A stretch of 64,000 nucleotides of DNA from Antedon mediterranea (GCF_964355755.1 NC_092679.1:650201-714200); one strand, 5' to 3'; positions 49,765 through 62,837 are shown, counted from the stretch's first letter. Notes: generated by a model not told the origin, from the letters alone. Numbers and translations: made by a program.

Positions 49765-52700
49765 AACCTTACGGTTTTTATTAAATGTATCATTTCATGC
49801 TATCATTATAAATATATAACTTTTAAACTATTGCATTCCTCTTTTTTCATTCCATCCATTGGTGAAAAGGGAGGATACTACATTTTCCTCCCCTGAGTTT
49901 ATAGCCTCTCTACTCCAACACAAATAAGAACACAAATTAATTAACATCATATCTAGAATTTTAACTGAAAACAAATATGGTTAATACTGAATTCAAGCAT
50001 CTTATTTTGTAAATATACCTGTATTTAAACTACTTTAAACACTTACTTTTAATTGTCACAAATGTACTTGTATGTATATAATATATTCATCACTGAGAAT
50101 TTAAATAAACGTGAGAAGAACTCACACAAGACAAAAAAAAAATATTCTTTCTTTTTATTCTAGTGAAATCATTATTTTTGTTCCCTTTTTTAAAAGTGAA
50201 AAATAGCCTATCCAAAGTCTGATTTTAAATAATAATCTTCATTTTTCATCCTTTTGTGGAGACAATGCATCTTTAATACAACGTATGTTATCATCATATA
50301 TTTTGATATAATGATGCCGTGAATGGCATTTGCATGTTAAATTATATCAATGTTATTTGCAGGTTTTGTCGTAGTGTACACATATCATGTCTCAATCATC
50401 CAATATAAAACTGTGAGCTATTATAAATTAAATTTAATATAAAAAAAACTTAATAGATTTATTATTTAAATAATGTTACACTTCAATATAAAATATTCAG
50501 TTTTGGTTTTACCTTCAATTAACCATTTTAACTGAAATTATGTAAATTTTTCAAACATATTAATAGGTACCTTTGAGAGTTAATCATAATTGGTAACAAT
50601 ATTCAACTCTTCTGACTAGTGTGTTTATCTTTTAAAATACTAAATCAATATTCTATTCACCTGTTATTTAATTTATGATCCATTACATCAACTACTTGTT
50701 CCCAAGATGATGATAAATTAAGGTGTTACAATGTGCAATGCCCATACTAAAACATTTGCTATTTCTGTGCTATAACATACAGTATCTGTAAACAACATTA
50801 CTAAAATATTTTTAAATAATACTCATTAATGAAGTACTAAGATAACATAGACAATAAAGTGCTCTGAGCACACAACACCTCATCAACCCGCACTTATGGC
50901 AAACATGGCGTGTAAGCCACAACTTTAATTAATGACTGTACGATAAATTATCATACAAACCTCCTGGTTTCCTGAGACCCGATTTCATCATTTTATCATT
51001 TTCTTGATTTATTGTACATACTGTACTATTATATTATTGTGATTTGATGAATACATTTATTTTATTGTATTGTAGTTCTCATACCACTTTCCATGAGAAG
51101 AGTGAAGGATAGGTAGCAGAACTAACGGTTCAAGGAATATCTGGGGCAGGACAGGCTCTCTAAAGACCAAATAATTTCTTTCTATTTTTAATGAGGGCTT
51201 AACTAAGTATTAGGCATGGTACAATATATGTTATTGTAAATGAACCAATATGAAAATGAAGTCTGGTTCCTATGGAAAATGCAAGTAAAACAATGATTTA
51301 AATATTCTTTCCTCCTTTTTTTTGTAGATTATATTGAAGTTTTTTCCTAATATTTTTCATCACATTATACAACATACTGCTATAAGAAATGAGAGGTATA
51401 TTAAAACAGTCACTTGGCATGCTGCTAAAGCTAAGATGAATCTGTTCTCTATTATTCTGTCATATTTGTCTAGACCATTCATTTAACTGAACATATCAAC
51501 TCTACATTTAAACTCTACAAGTAAAATGATACTGTATCTTTTTAGTCTTTGCTATCTTAAGCTTCTGTTTCTCCTATATTCTCACTATCAATTAAACTAG
51601 TCCAAAGGACGGGCACCATGTACTGGAATTATTTAGTGAATTCATGAGGAATTCTGTGAAACAACCAGATTTTTATGTAAATGAGAATTTATTAAATGTG
51701 GCATTCTGCCATTGCAAAGAAATTGATTCAAGAAATATGGTTTTGCAAGAAATGCCATGCTAACAAAATAGATTAGGAATAGCCGAATAGTTAAATTTAA
51801 AGGAGAATTAAAAGGTACCCCTCAGCATGAATGGCACGTATGTGGTCATGCAGTTTAGGAAGAGATAGAGGAGAAATTATCAGGTTAGTTTTATTACTAT
51901 TATACCATTATTCAGGTTCCTTCAACTTCATAAATATCCGTATGGTAACCAAATTTATTCTTCTTCTAACCAAGCAAACAACTAGATACGGTAAGACAAT
52001 CATATATATTTCAAATTTGTACATGAATACTTCTGAATTGTGTCCACACACCGTACAAATATGTCCATAATATAATATTCACAATTTGGTAATAACACTC
52101 TCTTCACATGGCATTATACTACAAATACTATTGAAAATTACAGTATAATATTCAAACATGATCTTAACTTGAGTTCACACACAACAAGTCTCTTGCCTTA
52201 ATCTACATGATCTTAACTTGAGTTCCCACACAGTAAGAAAGTCTCTTGTAACATGTATGCACAGTAACCCATTTTGGCCCCTAGACCACCTATACTAATA
52301 TCATATTCATAATACATTGCAGTTACATGTAGGAATGAAACACAACCAACCCCACCAACCACAATGGTTCAAGTATCCAAATTAAACAACAACCTATTAT
52401 TCAATATTTGCCCATTAGTTAATTTTGCATCCTTGTTAAGTTTCAGTTTTGTTTTCAGGTCATTAAACATTAGTCTTTCCTTAAGTACAAACTTAGTATA
52501 GGTTTCTTTGTTCTCATCTTTTGTTTTACTGTATAACAGGTTGTGTTGAGAATATACATTTAAGGGTTTATTTATTGTTGCTGGTCTGAATGGATACTGA
52601 AATACTAGTAATATTATAAATTCCAGGGAGTGGTTTTTCATACAAAACAATTTTATCTTAATAAATTTTCAACATGATCATCCTGTTTCTAATTTGGGGT

Positions 52701-54114
52701 TTATCGTTAATTAATTACCGTTTATCTTCTGGTATAATACCACACCCTAGAACACAAAATTGGGCCGACTTTGGTGGGTGGGACTACTGTATACCTGGGG
52801 AAAGCCTGGTTCAGGAAAAAAATAAATGGTAAGCATTTTTTGTAAAAACTCATCTGAACTGGCTAGAGAGAGGCCTACTGGAAGTCCAAATTAAAAGTCA
52901 ATACTGGGACTATACCCGGGGTATAACAGGTGTCCTTATCTGCTATTTTATTATTATTTTTTCTATCTTGTAAATGAGCAACTTCCTTTAAGTATAAATT
53001 AAGGTTTGTTTATACTAGGATGCTGCTAATATTAAACCTAAACCAGGTGTTTGATGACCAATGATATCCTCTTTGTGTTTATTTTATTAATAAAGCAAAG
53101 GTTGGTATAAGCAGGACTCTCTTATCTCAAGCAGTGTTAAACAGCTTTCAATTATTTTTATAGCTTAATGCTTAAGGATATAGTGTGTTGTCACTCTGAT
53201 TATTTACTTTAAAAACTGTAATTGAAAGAAAAAAATTGTCAACTGTAAACCCATTGTCTGCTTCTGGTTTTTGGTTAAATATTTCTAGACTTATTGTGAC
53301 ACCATCCACATTTATAAATATTTAAAGATTTATTAAGAAAATTGTATTATTACTGTATTTGTGGAAAAAAAACAGTGAACGTGAAATCATTCTTCTTCTT
53401 TTTCTCTATTTTTAAATTTTTTTTTTCAACTAATAGTAAAAATGAATTATTCAAAGTTTGATTGTATTTATTCTTGTTATTCCTGTTTTTAGGCACAACA
53501 CTACATGATCTTAAAATAAAATTATGTTTGATATTTGATATAATCTGTTGTTCACATTCCAAATACTATGATGGCTGCTTTATTTGAGAATAGATGAATA
53601 TCAAGATCTCTTGATAAAGAATTACAATGAAACTAAAATCTGTATCTGAAGGGAATGATGTAATATTGACTCAGTACAACTACAGGTAATATAAGTAAAT
53701 GAGATTAACATGAATGATAAATATTCCTAACAAATACTCTGATTGATTACTTAAATGTGTGGTATAAATGTCATGACTGTTTAAAACATAAAACACAAAT
53801 TACTAAATGTATCTGTAAAATTAATAACTGAAATCAAAATGAAATGCAATGCCAGCAGAATTTGATGTTTGTCTTTATAGACTGGTAGATTTCAATCCAT
53901 TTATTTATACTCAATATTTCATATTTCATGAAGAATTAATGAGGTCTCTGAACGTAATAATATCAACAAGCAGAATAGTTAAATGGAAACCAAATAATAT
54001 GCAGTAACTACATTTCAATCTATTAAAAATGATTTGTTATAAGTACAGTGAGTTTATAAATAATGTCTAATGGACTAATTAATGAAAGAAAAACCTACTG
54101 TACGGTCTACCTAA

Positions 54115-54278
54115 AGCTCTATCTACGCTATTAAATTTATGCGACAAAAAATGTGGTGTGCCCATATACTGTATAGACATGATGATGTCATATCACTACC
54201 ATATTTAAGCATATCACTACTATATTTAGGCACATCAGACTTTTTTTGTCTAAGTATTTTGATAGTGTAGACAGAGTT
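54115..54278 (+). mobile_element. PIF/Harbinger-like MITE, family A
   Basis: TAA|AGCTCTATCTAC...GTGTAGACAGAGTT|TAA. Confidence 0.82.
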
Positions 54279-54288
54279 TAAAACAGTT

Positions 54289-54578
54289 TATCTCCGCCTA
54301 GTAGGAGGTTATATTTTTGCAAGAGATACAGTATATGTGTGGGTGTGGGTGTGGGTGTTAGCAGGATAATGTCAAAACTAAAAGACGAATCTTTACGTAA
54401 ATTTAAACCACAGAAAGATATGTGGTCACAGACGACTGCATTAAATTTTGCAGGCAATCTGCACTTGCTACTAATTTACAAATTTTAGGCTGTACGTAAA
54501 AACTACATGACGGATCTTTATCAGGATTCTTGATTCTCTTTTAACTCCTGACAGAGGTTTCAACTCTTTGCTCTTGTT
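54289..54578 (+). mobile_element. Helentron/DINE-like non-autonomous element
   Basis: TATCTCCGCC...GGAGGTTAT 5' hairpin, GT-rich microsatellite, 3' AGAGGTTTCAACTCT...CTTGTT; homologous to 1209-1580. Confidence 0.65.
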
Positions 54579-55831
54579 TTTAAATGTTTTATTATAGAGT
54601 AGGTACATCTCTGACCAATAGAGGTTTATTTATGAATACCAACAACAAAAACAAATTAGTCATCAAACAATGTTTTATTTACTATTACAGTTAGTATTAT
54701 TACTTACCGATTTAAACAAATTATAAATCAATTTATAATTTAGTTAGTCAATGACAAGGCTCTGAGAATGTACTGTACTCATAATTCAAGGATGACATAC
54801 TAAACATATTGTACTAAAGTACTTGGGTACTTGTAGTGTAGTCTACACATTTGAGTACCCAAGTACTAGTTAATAATAAATGATTTAGAAAATGGATAAT
54901 TCTTCAGGATTCAAATCAGTTACATCGTTTGAAAGGTTTAACAAATTGGAATTTTATTAAGAAATAAAACTGTACAATAAAACATCAATATAAATCATTT
55001 TTAACAGAATATGCATGTTATTATGTTTTAACTCTAGAGGCTACTGTCGTATTAAGTTAGACTTAACGACATTTTAAATATTAATAAGCAATGCTTACTC
55101 AGTTTAAATACTGTAAATGGATTACTCATATGAAAGGCAATTTTTTACATTTCTTTTAAAAAAATCTTACAAATAAATTTAGACATGTATAATATATACA
55201 CTTTTGTTGAAAATCCAGTATACCTTTAATTTCAAGATATGAATTCATTAATAATTTAGTTACCCTTGGTAAGTTTGTTTTGTTTTCACTGAAAATGAAA
55301 GTCTTTCATGAACACAATCATGTTGTTCCTATACCTGTATATTTTTAAACAAAATAAACACAATACACACAAAACCTTTATTAATATTACACATTTTATT
55401 GGCAAAATTTAAGGGCTTACACACTGTTAGGCCCTAACTAAATGTTACAGATATTGCAAAATCTAGAGTTCTTCTGATCCTCAGACCACTCACTGGCTAA
55501 ATTGATTATTAATGGAAATAAAAACTGAAAACATATAATCAAAATATCAAAAACGCTTGCATATTATCTGCCATCGTCTCCGTCCAAGGGAAATAGTAAA
55601 AAGTAGGCTAGCTAGCTGCTAGATAGAGTACTGCAGTATATTATTCCTTTTTTACATCAATTCACTTTACGATTCTCATTGGTCGTGTTGTGCCCCGGAG
55701 AAAATTGGTTTCGCGGGTAATCGCATTATCGCCACCAACTTTGCACTATCGAAAATCATATCAAAAAACGCTAAAAGCAAGAACAGTATTACTATATACA
55801 CTTATAAACATATAATAAAATAGACACTCAC

Positions 55832-55912
55832 CTTGCCATTTGTACCTTTATCTTCCAAAGCAGACAAACTAGGCAAAATTTTGCTAGCGTTCACAGTTTC
55901 CTTCGAAGCCAT
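55832..55912 (-). CDS. BAHD1: BAHD1-like first coding exon
   Basis: MASKETVNASKILPSLSALEDKGTNGK|gtgagt, phase 0 matches the acceptor at 37329; lies in a CpG-richer promoter-like region. Linkage across the 18.5-kb intron is inferred. Confidence 0.68.
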
Positions 55913-56289
55913 ATTGTACATGAACTTCTCTGTAGCAAAACAAATGACGTTGATAAGCAACGCCCTCTATAGACTATAATAGTTTAGCAAACGTCTTCCC
56001 TGTCACATCGTGCGGTACCGACTGAGCATCGAACCCACACCCGACATTCAGCAGGCCAAGATTTAACCTTGATCTAACCGTCCTTGCGCGCGCTTAGATT
56101 GTTAATTTTAATTTAGGTATCCATAATATCATTTATCAAATAATAATTTTTATGAAGTTGTTTAATTACAATAATGCGCAGCATATGAGAGAATATACGT
56201 ACGTAGACAGAGTTGGAGTTTTCTGACATAACTTTGGTGTTCTTAAAATTGAGGGCGCCAAAAATAAAATTTACGGGATCAAAAGTACG

Positions 56290-56536
56290 CGGTGTGTTTC
56301 CTTGCCCTTCAGCACGGTAAGGCTCTCTCTCAGCCTTGGGTGTACGACATTATCAGATGCTTTGATGTTATCGCCTCATGATGTGTGGTGGAAAGGGGGA
56401 CTTTTAAATCTGTGAACCTCAAACACAGAAGCTCGCATAGCTTTTAACTCTATTCCACCGACCGGCAAGGGATCGATTCGAACACCTGCATTCGTGTTAT
56501 CAACACGACGCACGCTCTGCCGACTGAGCTATCCAG
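56290..56536 (-). mobile_element. tRNA-derived SINE
   Basis: GGATAGCTCAGTCGGCAGAGCG (A box)...GTTCGAATC (B box) followed by about 180 bp of non-tRNA body. Confidence 0.7.
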
Positions 56537-57818
56537 TAATCTAGTTTATAGCAATGTTAAAACTAGATTCGTTTCCCGTTACAATTACGCCGTGAATATG
56601 CAAATTTATGACGTAGTAACGATTAGAATGACGTAATATGAAGCGCGTATAAGAATATACTATTGTCACCCTTCATTACTCGTGTAGGCTACATTGTGGC
56701 ATAACAGTAATGCTCTATAACGTTTGAATTCTCTGCTCTACTAGCTGGGGTTCTAAACTCTACAGATATATTTATTTTAAATAAATATAAAATGTTTTTC
56801 TTTTATTTTGAGAGATATTTAGAGAGTTAAGTTAATATAGGATAGGCAGGACTGGTCCTGGAGACTTATATTCTTTCCATATTTTGAAGTCTAATTTCCG
56901 AGCACCAAGCAACTCTATTTATTTTTTCAACTATATAGACTTAGGCTGGTCGATCCTATAGACTTATAATTTCAGTTTGTTCATCGTCAGAAATAATGAC
57001 TTTAAAACATCTGTCGCATCTCTACATTTGTTTCATGATTCATAATCGTCAATCAACATCAAAATAGCAGTTTATTCTACGTCACCTACTCCCGCAAATG
57101 ACATTCTTAGATCACTAATTTAACATTTAAATTTTGGACTATACAAAATAAATACATTTATATATGTTTTTTATATATTCTTTAGATTAAATTGAAAATT
57201 ATATTTAGAATTTAAATCGATTAAGTTAGTTAATAACGATCAAATAATATGGGCATTGGGGAGGAAGGTCATTAGATGTAAGTGCTATTTTTGGGAGGAG
57301 AGACGTTAGGCAATTGTTTACCTCATTATCATAACAAATAAGTGTATTGTCATTCTCGCATGTAGTATTTATCGCATCAATACGAAAATTACACTATAAT
57401 TATCATGTTTAACTTCTTTTTTTTTAAACTGTGAAATAGGCCGCCTGGAATTTAATTAAAACGAAGAAGCTTGCATAAGAACGGGGTTTAACAGGTTGTA
57501 CATTATTTTCTATTTCGTTTATTTATTTTTTTTCAAATCCAAGGACGCCGCTCCAGTTGGCGACGTGTGTGCTAAGTACGTTACAACAGTGGAATAAGCA
57601 TTGTATTTTGGTTTCGCGTTTGTGGTTTTACGTCGCCATTATTGCTAAAATGCTGTTGTTATCGTGAATATTTACTTCCCAGAATCTTACAGATAGTGAA
57701 CTTCGTTATCAGTGTATTCATGGAATATTATTGAGTATATGTTGAACCTTGGAATATAAATCTGATAAGGATAAACTATGTTGACTTAAACAGCAGGAAG
57801 CGTGTGAGGCTGGCCATC

Positions 57819-58486
57819 ATGAACCCGAGGCGGAAAGCGTCTGTAGCAACCATAGCTGGAAACCGATTTAGCAACTTTCTTCCGGATATCTGCAAACATT
57901 TTAACCCTCAAATCAACATTATGCCAAAAGACACGTACAGAAACACATTTGGATTCATTAATCGGACAACTAGAGTCTTTCAAAATACAGGACGCATATT
58001 AAATAACATATCTTTCTTTGTTTTTATTATAATATTAATTTTATGTCAACAAATTTTAATTGTTTCATCACAAGGCGCATTCCCACAATTAGTGAATTCA
58101 GCCGAAAATAAACAAATTGTAACAGTACCAGAAATAGGGACTTGTGGGTACAACCCAACAACAGGTGATCTTGCAAGAAGTGCATATTGCAGGAGTTCCA
58201 CCCTCACACAATCTGTCACCTCTTGTACTCAAGCATATTGTATCCAATCATGCCCCTCGAGGACAGATTTCCCATCGAGTACCAACCTACTACCGGGGGT
58301 GAGAGGGACATGTGTTACCCAGGATGTAACTTCACTCCGACCGGGATCAGATTTAGGTTCATATGCTATTATATTCCGGGCGGATATTACTGGTGATTGC
58401 TATATTACTCCAAACGTTCCTGTTATCGGAAATAATGGAGCGTTCACGATAGCTGGTTGGTTCCGGCCAGAATCTACTTCTGATGG
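57819..58486 (+). CDS. USH2A: Usherin first coding exon (signal peptide, start of LamG-like N-terminal domain)
   Basis: QGAFPQLVN...TCG...YCRSS...CTQAYCIQSCPSR...FTIAGWFRPE parallels USH2A RGLFPRLEN...CTQRFCIQDCPYR...FTLAVWLKPE; start ATG 57819 or 57921 uncertain. Confidence 0.9.
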
Positions 58487-58893
58487 GTAAGATATGCTTT
58501 TATAAATAAATTATTTTAAGATGTTTTGACTGTGCATATTAAAATTGGTACTAGATAATTATGGTCTGATACTAACTGAGATTTCACCCTACTAAAATAT
58601 CAATTAAATTTTGGTTTATTAAAAAACATGGAATTTCATACTGTACTTTGTCAATGGAAAATCAATTTCCTGCAAATTATTAATTCTCCTAAAATGCTGT
58701 AATAGTTTTTTTTTCTAAAACTCAAATATTTTGTAATGACTACAGTATGAATCCTTTTCCTCTCATAACCTTTTTATTCAGTTACAGTTACAGTAATATA
58801 TTAATGTTTTCTTGTACAGTACCTTTTCTTTTTTTAAATTTTTGTCTGTAAAATTGAATGAACGGAAATAAAATGGAAATATTTTATCGTTAG

Positions 58894-59053
58894 TGTGCTG
58901 ATAGAGAGGAGGAACCCCAGTAACCAGATAGTGTATGCTGTGATGGTGTCAAGCACTTCTATATCATTTGATTACCTGACATCATCTGGAGCCAGGTTCT
59001 TTGTTGTCCAACAAGGTTTGGCAATCAACGAATGGCAACATTTTGCTCTTCAG
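58894..59053 (+). CDS. USH2A: Usherin coding exon 2
   Basis: VLIERRNPSNQIVY...NEWQHFALQ; AG/GT, phases 2 and 0. Confidence 0.88.
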
Positions 59054-59443
59054 GTGAGGCACAATAACTGAAGTTTAGAGAAAAGATTCACTATCCAACA
59101 ACGTGCCTTTCAAGTATATTTTGTTGGTGTAAATTTGACATTTTAACGTAATGTTTTATGATCAATGTTAGTTTTTATACACATCATAGAGGGAAAAAAA
59201 TGTAATTATTGATGTACTGTACACTAAATATTGTGCAAGAATTTTTATGTTTTTTCATGAGCTATTTTGAAGAAATAAAAGTGATAAGAACCCAAAAAAG
59301 ACACAAAAAAACAAATTTAGATTCTTGTCACTTCAGGGTTTGTTTCATATTATCATATGCTGCATATTCTTCTAATGTTTTCTGTGAATTAATGAATCAT
59401 TTAAAATAGTAAATTATATTTTAATTTGACATTTTCATTTCAG

Positions 59444-59576
59444 GTTTTTGGGACAACAGCAAGTTTTTTCATAAATGGTTTAGAAGCAGATGGCACAGCC
59501 TTTGACACAAGAACATTGCTTGGTGAAATAGTAGATGTGAATAACGGACAAACACGCGTTGGTCAGCGCGTAACAG
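59444..59576 (+). CDS. USH2A: Usherin coding exon 3
   Basis: VFGTTASFFINGLEADGTAFDTRTLLGEIVD...RVGQRVT. Confidence 0.9.
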
Positions 59577-59595
59577 GTTAGTCTAGAAGAGTGGG

Positions 59596-59751
59596 CAGTG
59601 GCAAAACACAGGGGAAATAGCCTCTCTCTGATTTAGCACTCATAATATGCCCTTCAAAACTGGGCATTGGGGCGGCTCATGCTCTGGGGCCTTTACACTC
59701 TGACGCCCCTGGGTTTAGCCTCAGTGAGCGCTCATAGCCGTTATGCCACTG
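59596..59751 (+). mobile_element. hAT-like MITE
   Basis: TIR CAGTGGC...GCCACTG with near-perfect 8-bp target duplication AGAGTGGG/AGAGTAGG. Confidence 0.8.
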
Positions 59752-60381
59752 AGAGTAGGGATAGATACAGATAGACAAGTGTCATCTACAGTAGCCATCA
59801 TTGGACCTTCTGCTTATTACAAGGCAGTAACTTATAGGTTGTGAACTTAAATGAAAAATAAATTTAACAGCACATGGTGCAGGCAGTCTTCTTGCAGCTA
59901 AGCAGCAATATACCTTGTGTTATTAATATGCATATGAATAGGTCCATTCCAATTGATTAATTCTTCATTGTTCCCTTGCTTTGTTGTCCATTGTTACTGT
60001 AATGATCCCTGTTATTAACACCTCCCTGTTGTAGTAGCAAGCTGTACTTTGCTATGAAAAAGAATAACAATAATATTAAATTAATAGCATTAAATGCACC
60101 CCAAATAATGTGGTATTTTTATTTAAATGAAATGAGTATTTTTAATACATCTCTGTCATGTAATAATGTAAAATTTCAATTACAGTATGATAGGCCTAAT
60201 CAATTCATAAAAAATATGCAGAGTAGCAGTAGCATTCTTATTATTACATATATTATATATCCCCCTGATAAATAAAATATTTTGGTATTTATTTAAAATT
60301 ATAGGTATTAACAAAAATACATCTTGAATTCATGGCATATTTTAATCTGTTGCATGCTGTAATTCATTTTAATTTCTATAG

Positions 60382-60719
60382 GGTCAGATCAGTATATAGG
60401 ACGTATGCAAGACTTCTATTTTTACCAGTATACGTTGACCAATCGTGAGATAGAACAGCTAGCGACAGGAACATTCCCAGAAGTCCATGTCCAATCAGAT
60501 TGCAGGTGTCCGGACAGTCATCCAAGAATCAACCCTGTTGAAAGTCGTTACTGTATTCCAAATGGCGTGTCTGACACGACATCTGATCAAATGTACCGAT
60601 TGGATGAGAATGCACATCCTTTGACCTTTGCAAATGATGGTGACCTTGGTAGTTACTGGGTGTCATCTTTCACAGATAATGTCATTCTTCAAATTGACCT
60701 TCAAAATGGAGAATATCAG
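60382..60719 (+). CDS. USH2A: Usherin coding exon 4 (LamG-like end, laminin N-terminal start)
   Basis: GRMQDFYFYQYTLTNREI...CRCPDSHPR...RYCIPNG...AHPLTFANDGD..SYWVS. Confidence 0.95.
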
Positions 60720-60860
60720 GTATGTGTACAGAATAAATAATAAGGATTTTAATAAGAATATATATTAAAAAATGTTTACTGAATAACAGTTTTAATAAGA
60801 AAATATTTTTAAAAAACAGTTTCCTTATAGTTGCAACTTTTACAAATTATTTTTTTCTAG

Positions 60861-61048
60861 GTATTTTACGTGGTCCTCCAATTCTACAGTCCGCAGCCAA
60901 GCGCCCTCACAATCTCTAAGAAGACAGTTGGCACTGATTCATGGTCGCCATGGCAATACTTTGCTGATGATTGTGTAGCGCAATTTGGGTTACAGAACAA
61001 TGGTCCACTAGCAACGTCTATGTCAGTTAATTGCATACAATTCACCAA
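60861..61048 (+). CDS. USH2A: Usherin coding exon 5 (LamNT)
   Basis: VFYVVLQFYSPQP...WQYFADDC...SVNCIQF. Confidence 0.94.
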
Positions 61049-61483
61049 GTAAGATATATGATAGCTTTATGATGAAACCTAACAAGTGTTCAATTAATGA
61101 TTAAAATATAATATTTTTCATGATTTGTTTTTGCTATTTAGACATAAAGTCTGTACACGTAGATCAACTTTATTTTGTCATAAATTTAGGAAAATGTTTT
61201 AATGTATTTTAATTATAATGGTATAACTCTTTTAAATTTCCATTTTTGTGGGTGAGCCACTTGACATAGATTCATTTCATTTGGATTTTAGAACTCTTTT
61301 CGTATGGTTTGTTATGTATTTGTTCTTTCTGACAGAATAAATGAAAGGATAGAACCAGGGAAGGGTGAATCTCTTCTGATAGATCATAAACTAAATTAAA
61401 AATACAGTACTTATACAAATACATTTATAATAAATAAAAAACATAACATAAATATTGTTATATTTTTTTATATTTTTTTGCAG

Positions 61484-61693
61484 TGAAATCCCCTACTCAA
61501 AAGGAAACATCACATTCCAACTGCTGTCACCAGAGCCAGTCGCTAGGCCTGGATACAATGATTTCTACAACACACCATCCCTCCTGGAATTTGTAAAAGC
61601 CTCTCAGATACAAATACAGATGCAAGGCCATTACCATGTATCTCATCCAAGGCATAGTTACTTTGGAATTGAAGAGGTTACTATTAGTGCAAG
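61484..61693 (+). CDS. USH2A: Usherin coding exon 6 (LamNT)
   Basis: PYSKGNITF...RPGYNDFYNTPSLLEFVKASQI...EVTISAR. Confidence 0.95.
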
Positions 61694-61947
61694 GTGAGAT
61701 ATGAAATCTAACAACAGTAGGCCCTATATTGTTTGTCTTGAATGTTGAACTGCATAAACTCAAATTTGAGCAATGTACAGTCAAAAACAAAAGTTATTTT
61801 GTTAATGTAGGGGCAAGAGCGTTTAAATCTGTTCAAGTTTATGCCTATTGCTTTTTCCTGGCATGATTGTGCTTGATATGCCAAATAAATATTATTAAAA
61901 ACATTGTCAAGCAAAATTTGATGATTAAAATGTTATTTGTTATACAG

Positions 61948-62041
61948 GTGTAATTGCAATGGTCATGCAACGTCTTGTGATTTGAGCCAGAGTCCTTATG
62001 TATGTAATTGTTTAATAGCCAGTTATACACAAGGAGACCAG
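61948..62041 (+). CDS. USH2A: Usherin coding exon 7 (laminin EGF)
   Basis: CNCNGHATSCDLSQSPYVCNCLIASYTQGDQ. Confidence 0.92.
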
Positions 62042-62242
62042 GTAAAATATGCAAATTAGCTATTAAATACATTATACCTGTAATACTAATTACTTATGAT
62101 AGTACTGAATGTTATTTCCATCATATAAATGACCATACCATTTTAAATGACAGTATAATTTTAAATAAGCAAATTTGGTAAATGTAATGTTTAACACCTT
62201 ATGATTATGAACATTCATCTATGTATGTCTGTTCCTCCTCAG

Positions 62243-62394
62243 TGTTCCGAATGCTTGCCACTTTACAACGAAAAGCAATTTCGCCATGGAGACCAAGTGG
62301 ATGCGTATGATTGTCGGCCATGTTCCTGTAATAACCATGCCAACAGTTGTCATTACAATATAACCCTTGACCTTTTTCCAACAGACCACTACAG
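62243..62394 (+). CDS. USH2A: Usherin coding exon 8 (laminin EGF)
   Basis: CSECLPLYNEKQFRHGDQVDAYDCRPCSCNNHANSCHYN. Confidence 0.93.
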
Positions 62395-62532
62395 GTATAT
62401 TCTCATTTTTTAAATTCAAATTTGTCAATTTACCAGAGTATCTACTCATACAGTACACACCTGTAATTTAAGTACTTGAATACTAGCAGTTTTATGAAAA
62501 ATGTTCTGTTCCAATCAATGTGGAATTGCTTA

Positions 62533-62612
62533 AAGCTCTGTCTATACTATTAAACAAAAAGTGATGTGACTATATACGTTGATGTCATATCACTACCATA
62601 TTTGGACATATG
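62533..62612 (+). mobile_element. Truncated family-A MITE
   Basis: TAA|AGCTCTGTCTATACTAT...GATGTCATATCACTACCATATTTGG. Confidence 0.7.
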
Positions 62613-62662
62613 TAGACTTAACACGGTAAGCATTTTAATACATTTTCATCATTCATGTTTAG

Positions 62663-62837
62663 GGGTGGAGGAGGCGTATGTGACAACTGTCTTCATAATA
62701 CCCAGGGTAGATATTGTGACCAATGTACCAGTGGATATTATCGTGTTGCAGGGCGCCCTCTAAATGCTATCGACGTATGCACACCTTGTGATTGCTTTAC
62801 AGACGGAACTTTTGGTGGCAGCATTGAGTGTGAATCT
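62663..62837 (+). CDS. USH2A: Usherin coding exon 9 (laminin EGF)
   Basis: GGGGVCDNCLHNTQGRYCDQC...CTPCDC. Confidence 0.94.

Noticed and set aside
2990-51995. TACCGTA/TACGGTA as a third footprint class
   Set aside because: Only about six occurrences, near naive expectation; cannot be supported without a CpG-corrected count.
56455-56536. tRNA gene (also 3604, 10200, 56010)
   Set aside because: A/B boxes are present but there is no complete cloverleaf or acceptor stem, and the main examples continue into a SINE-like body.
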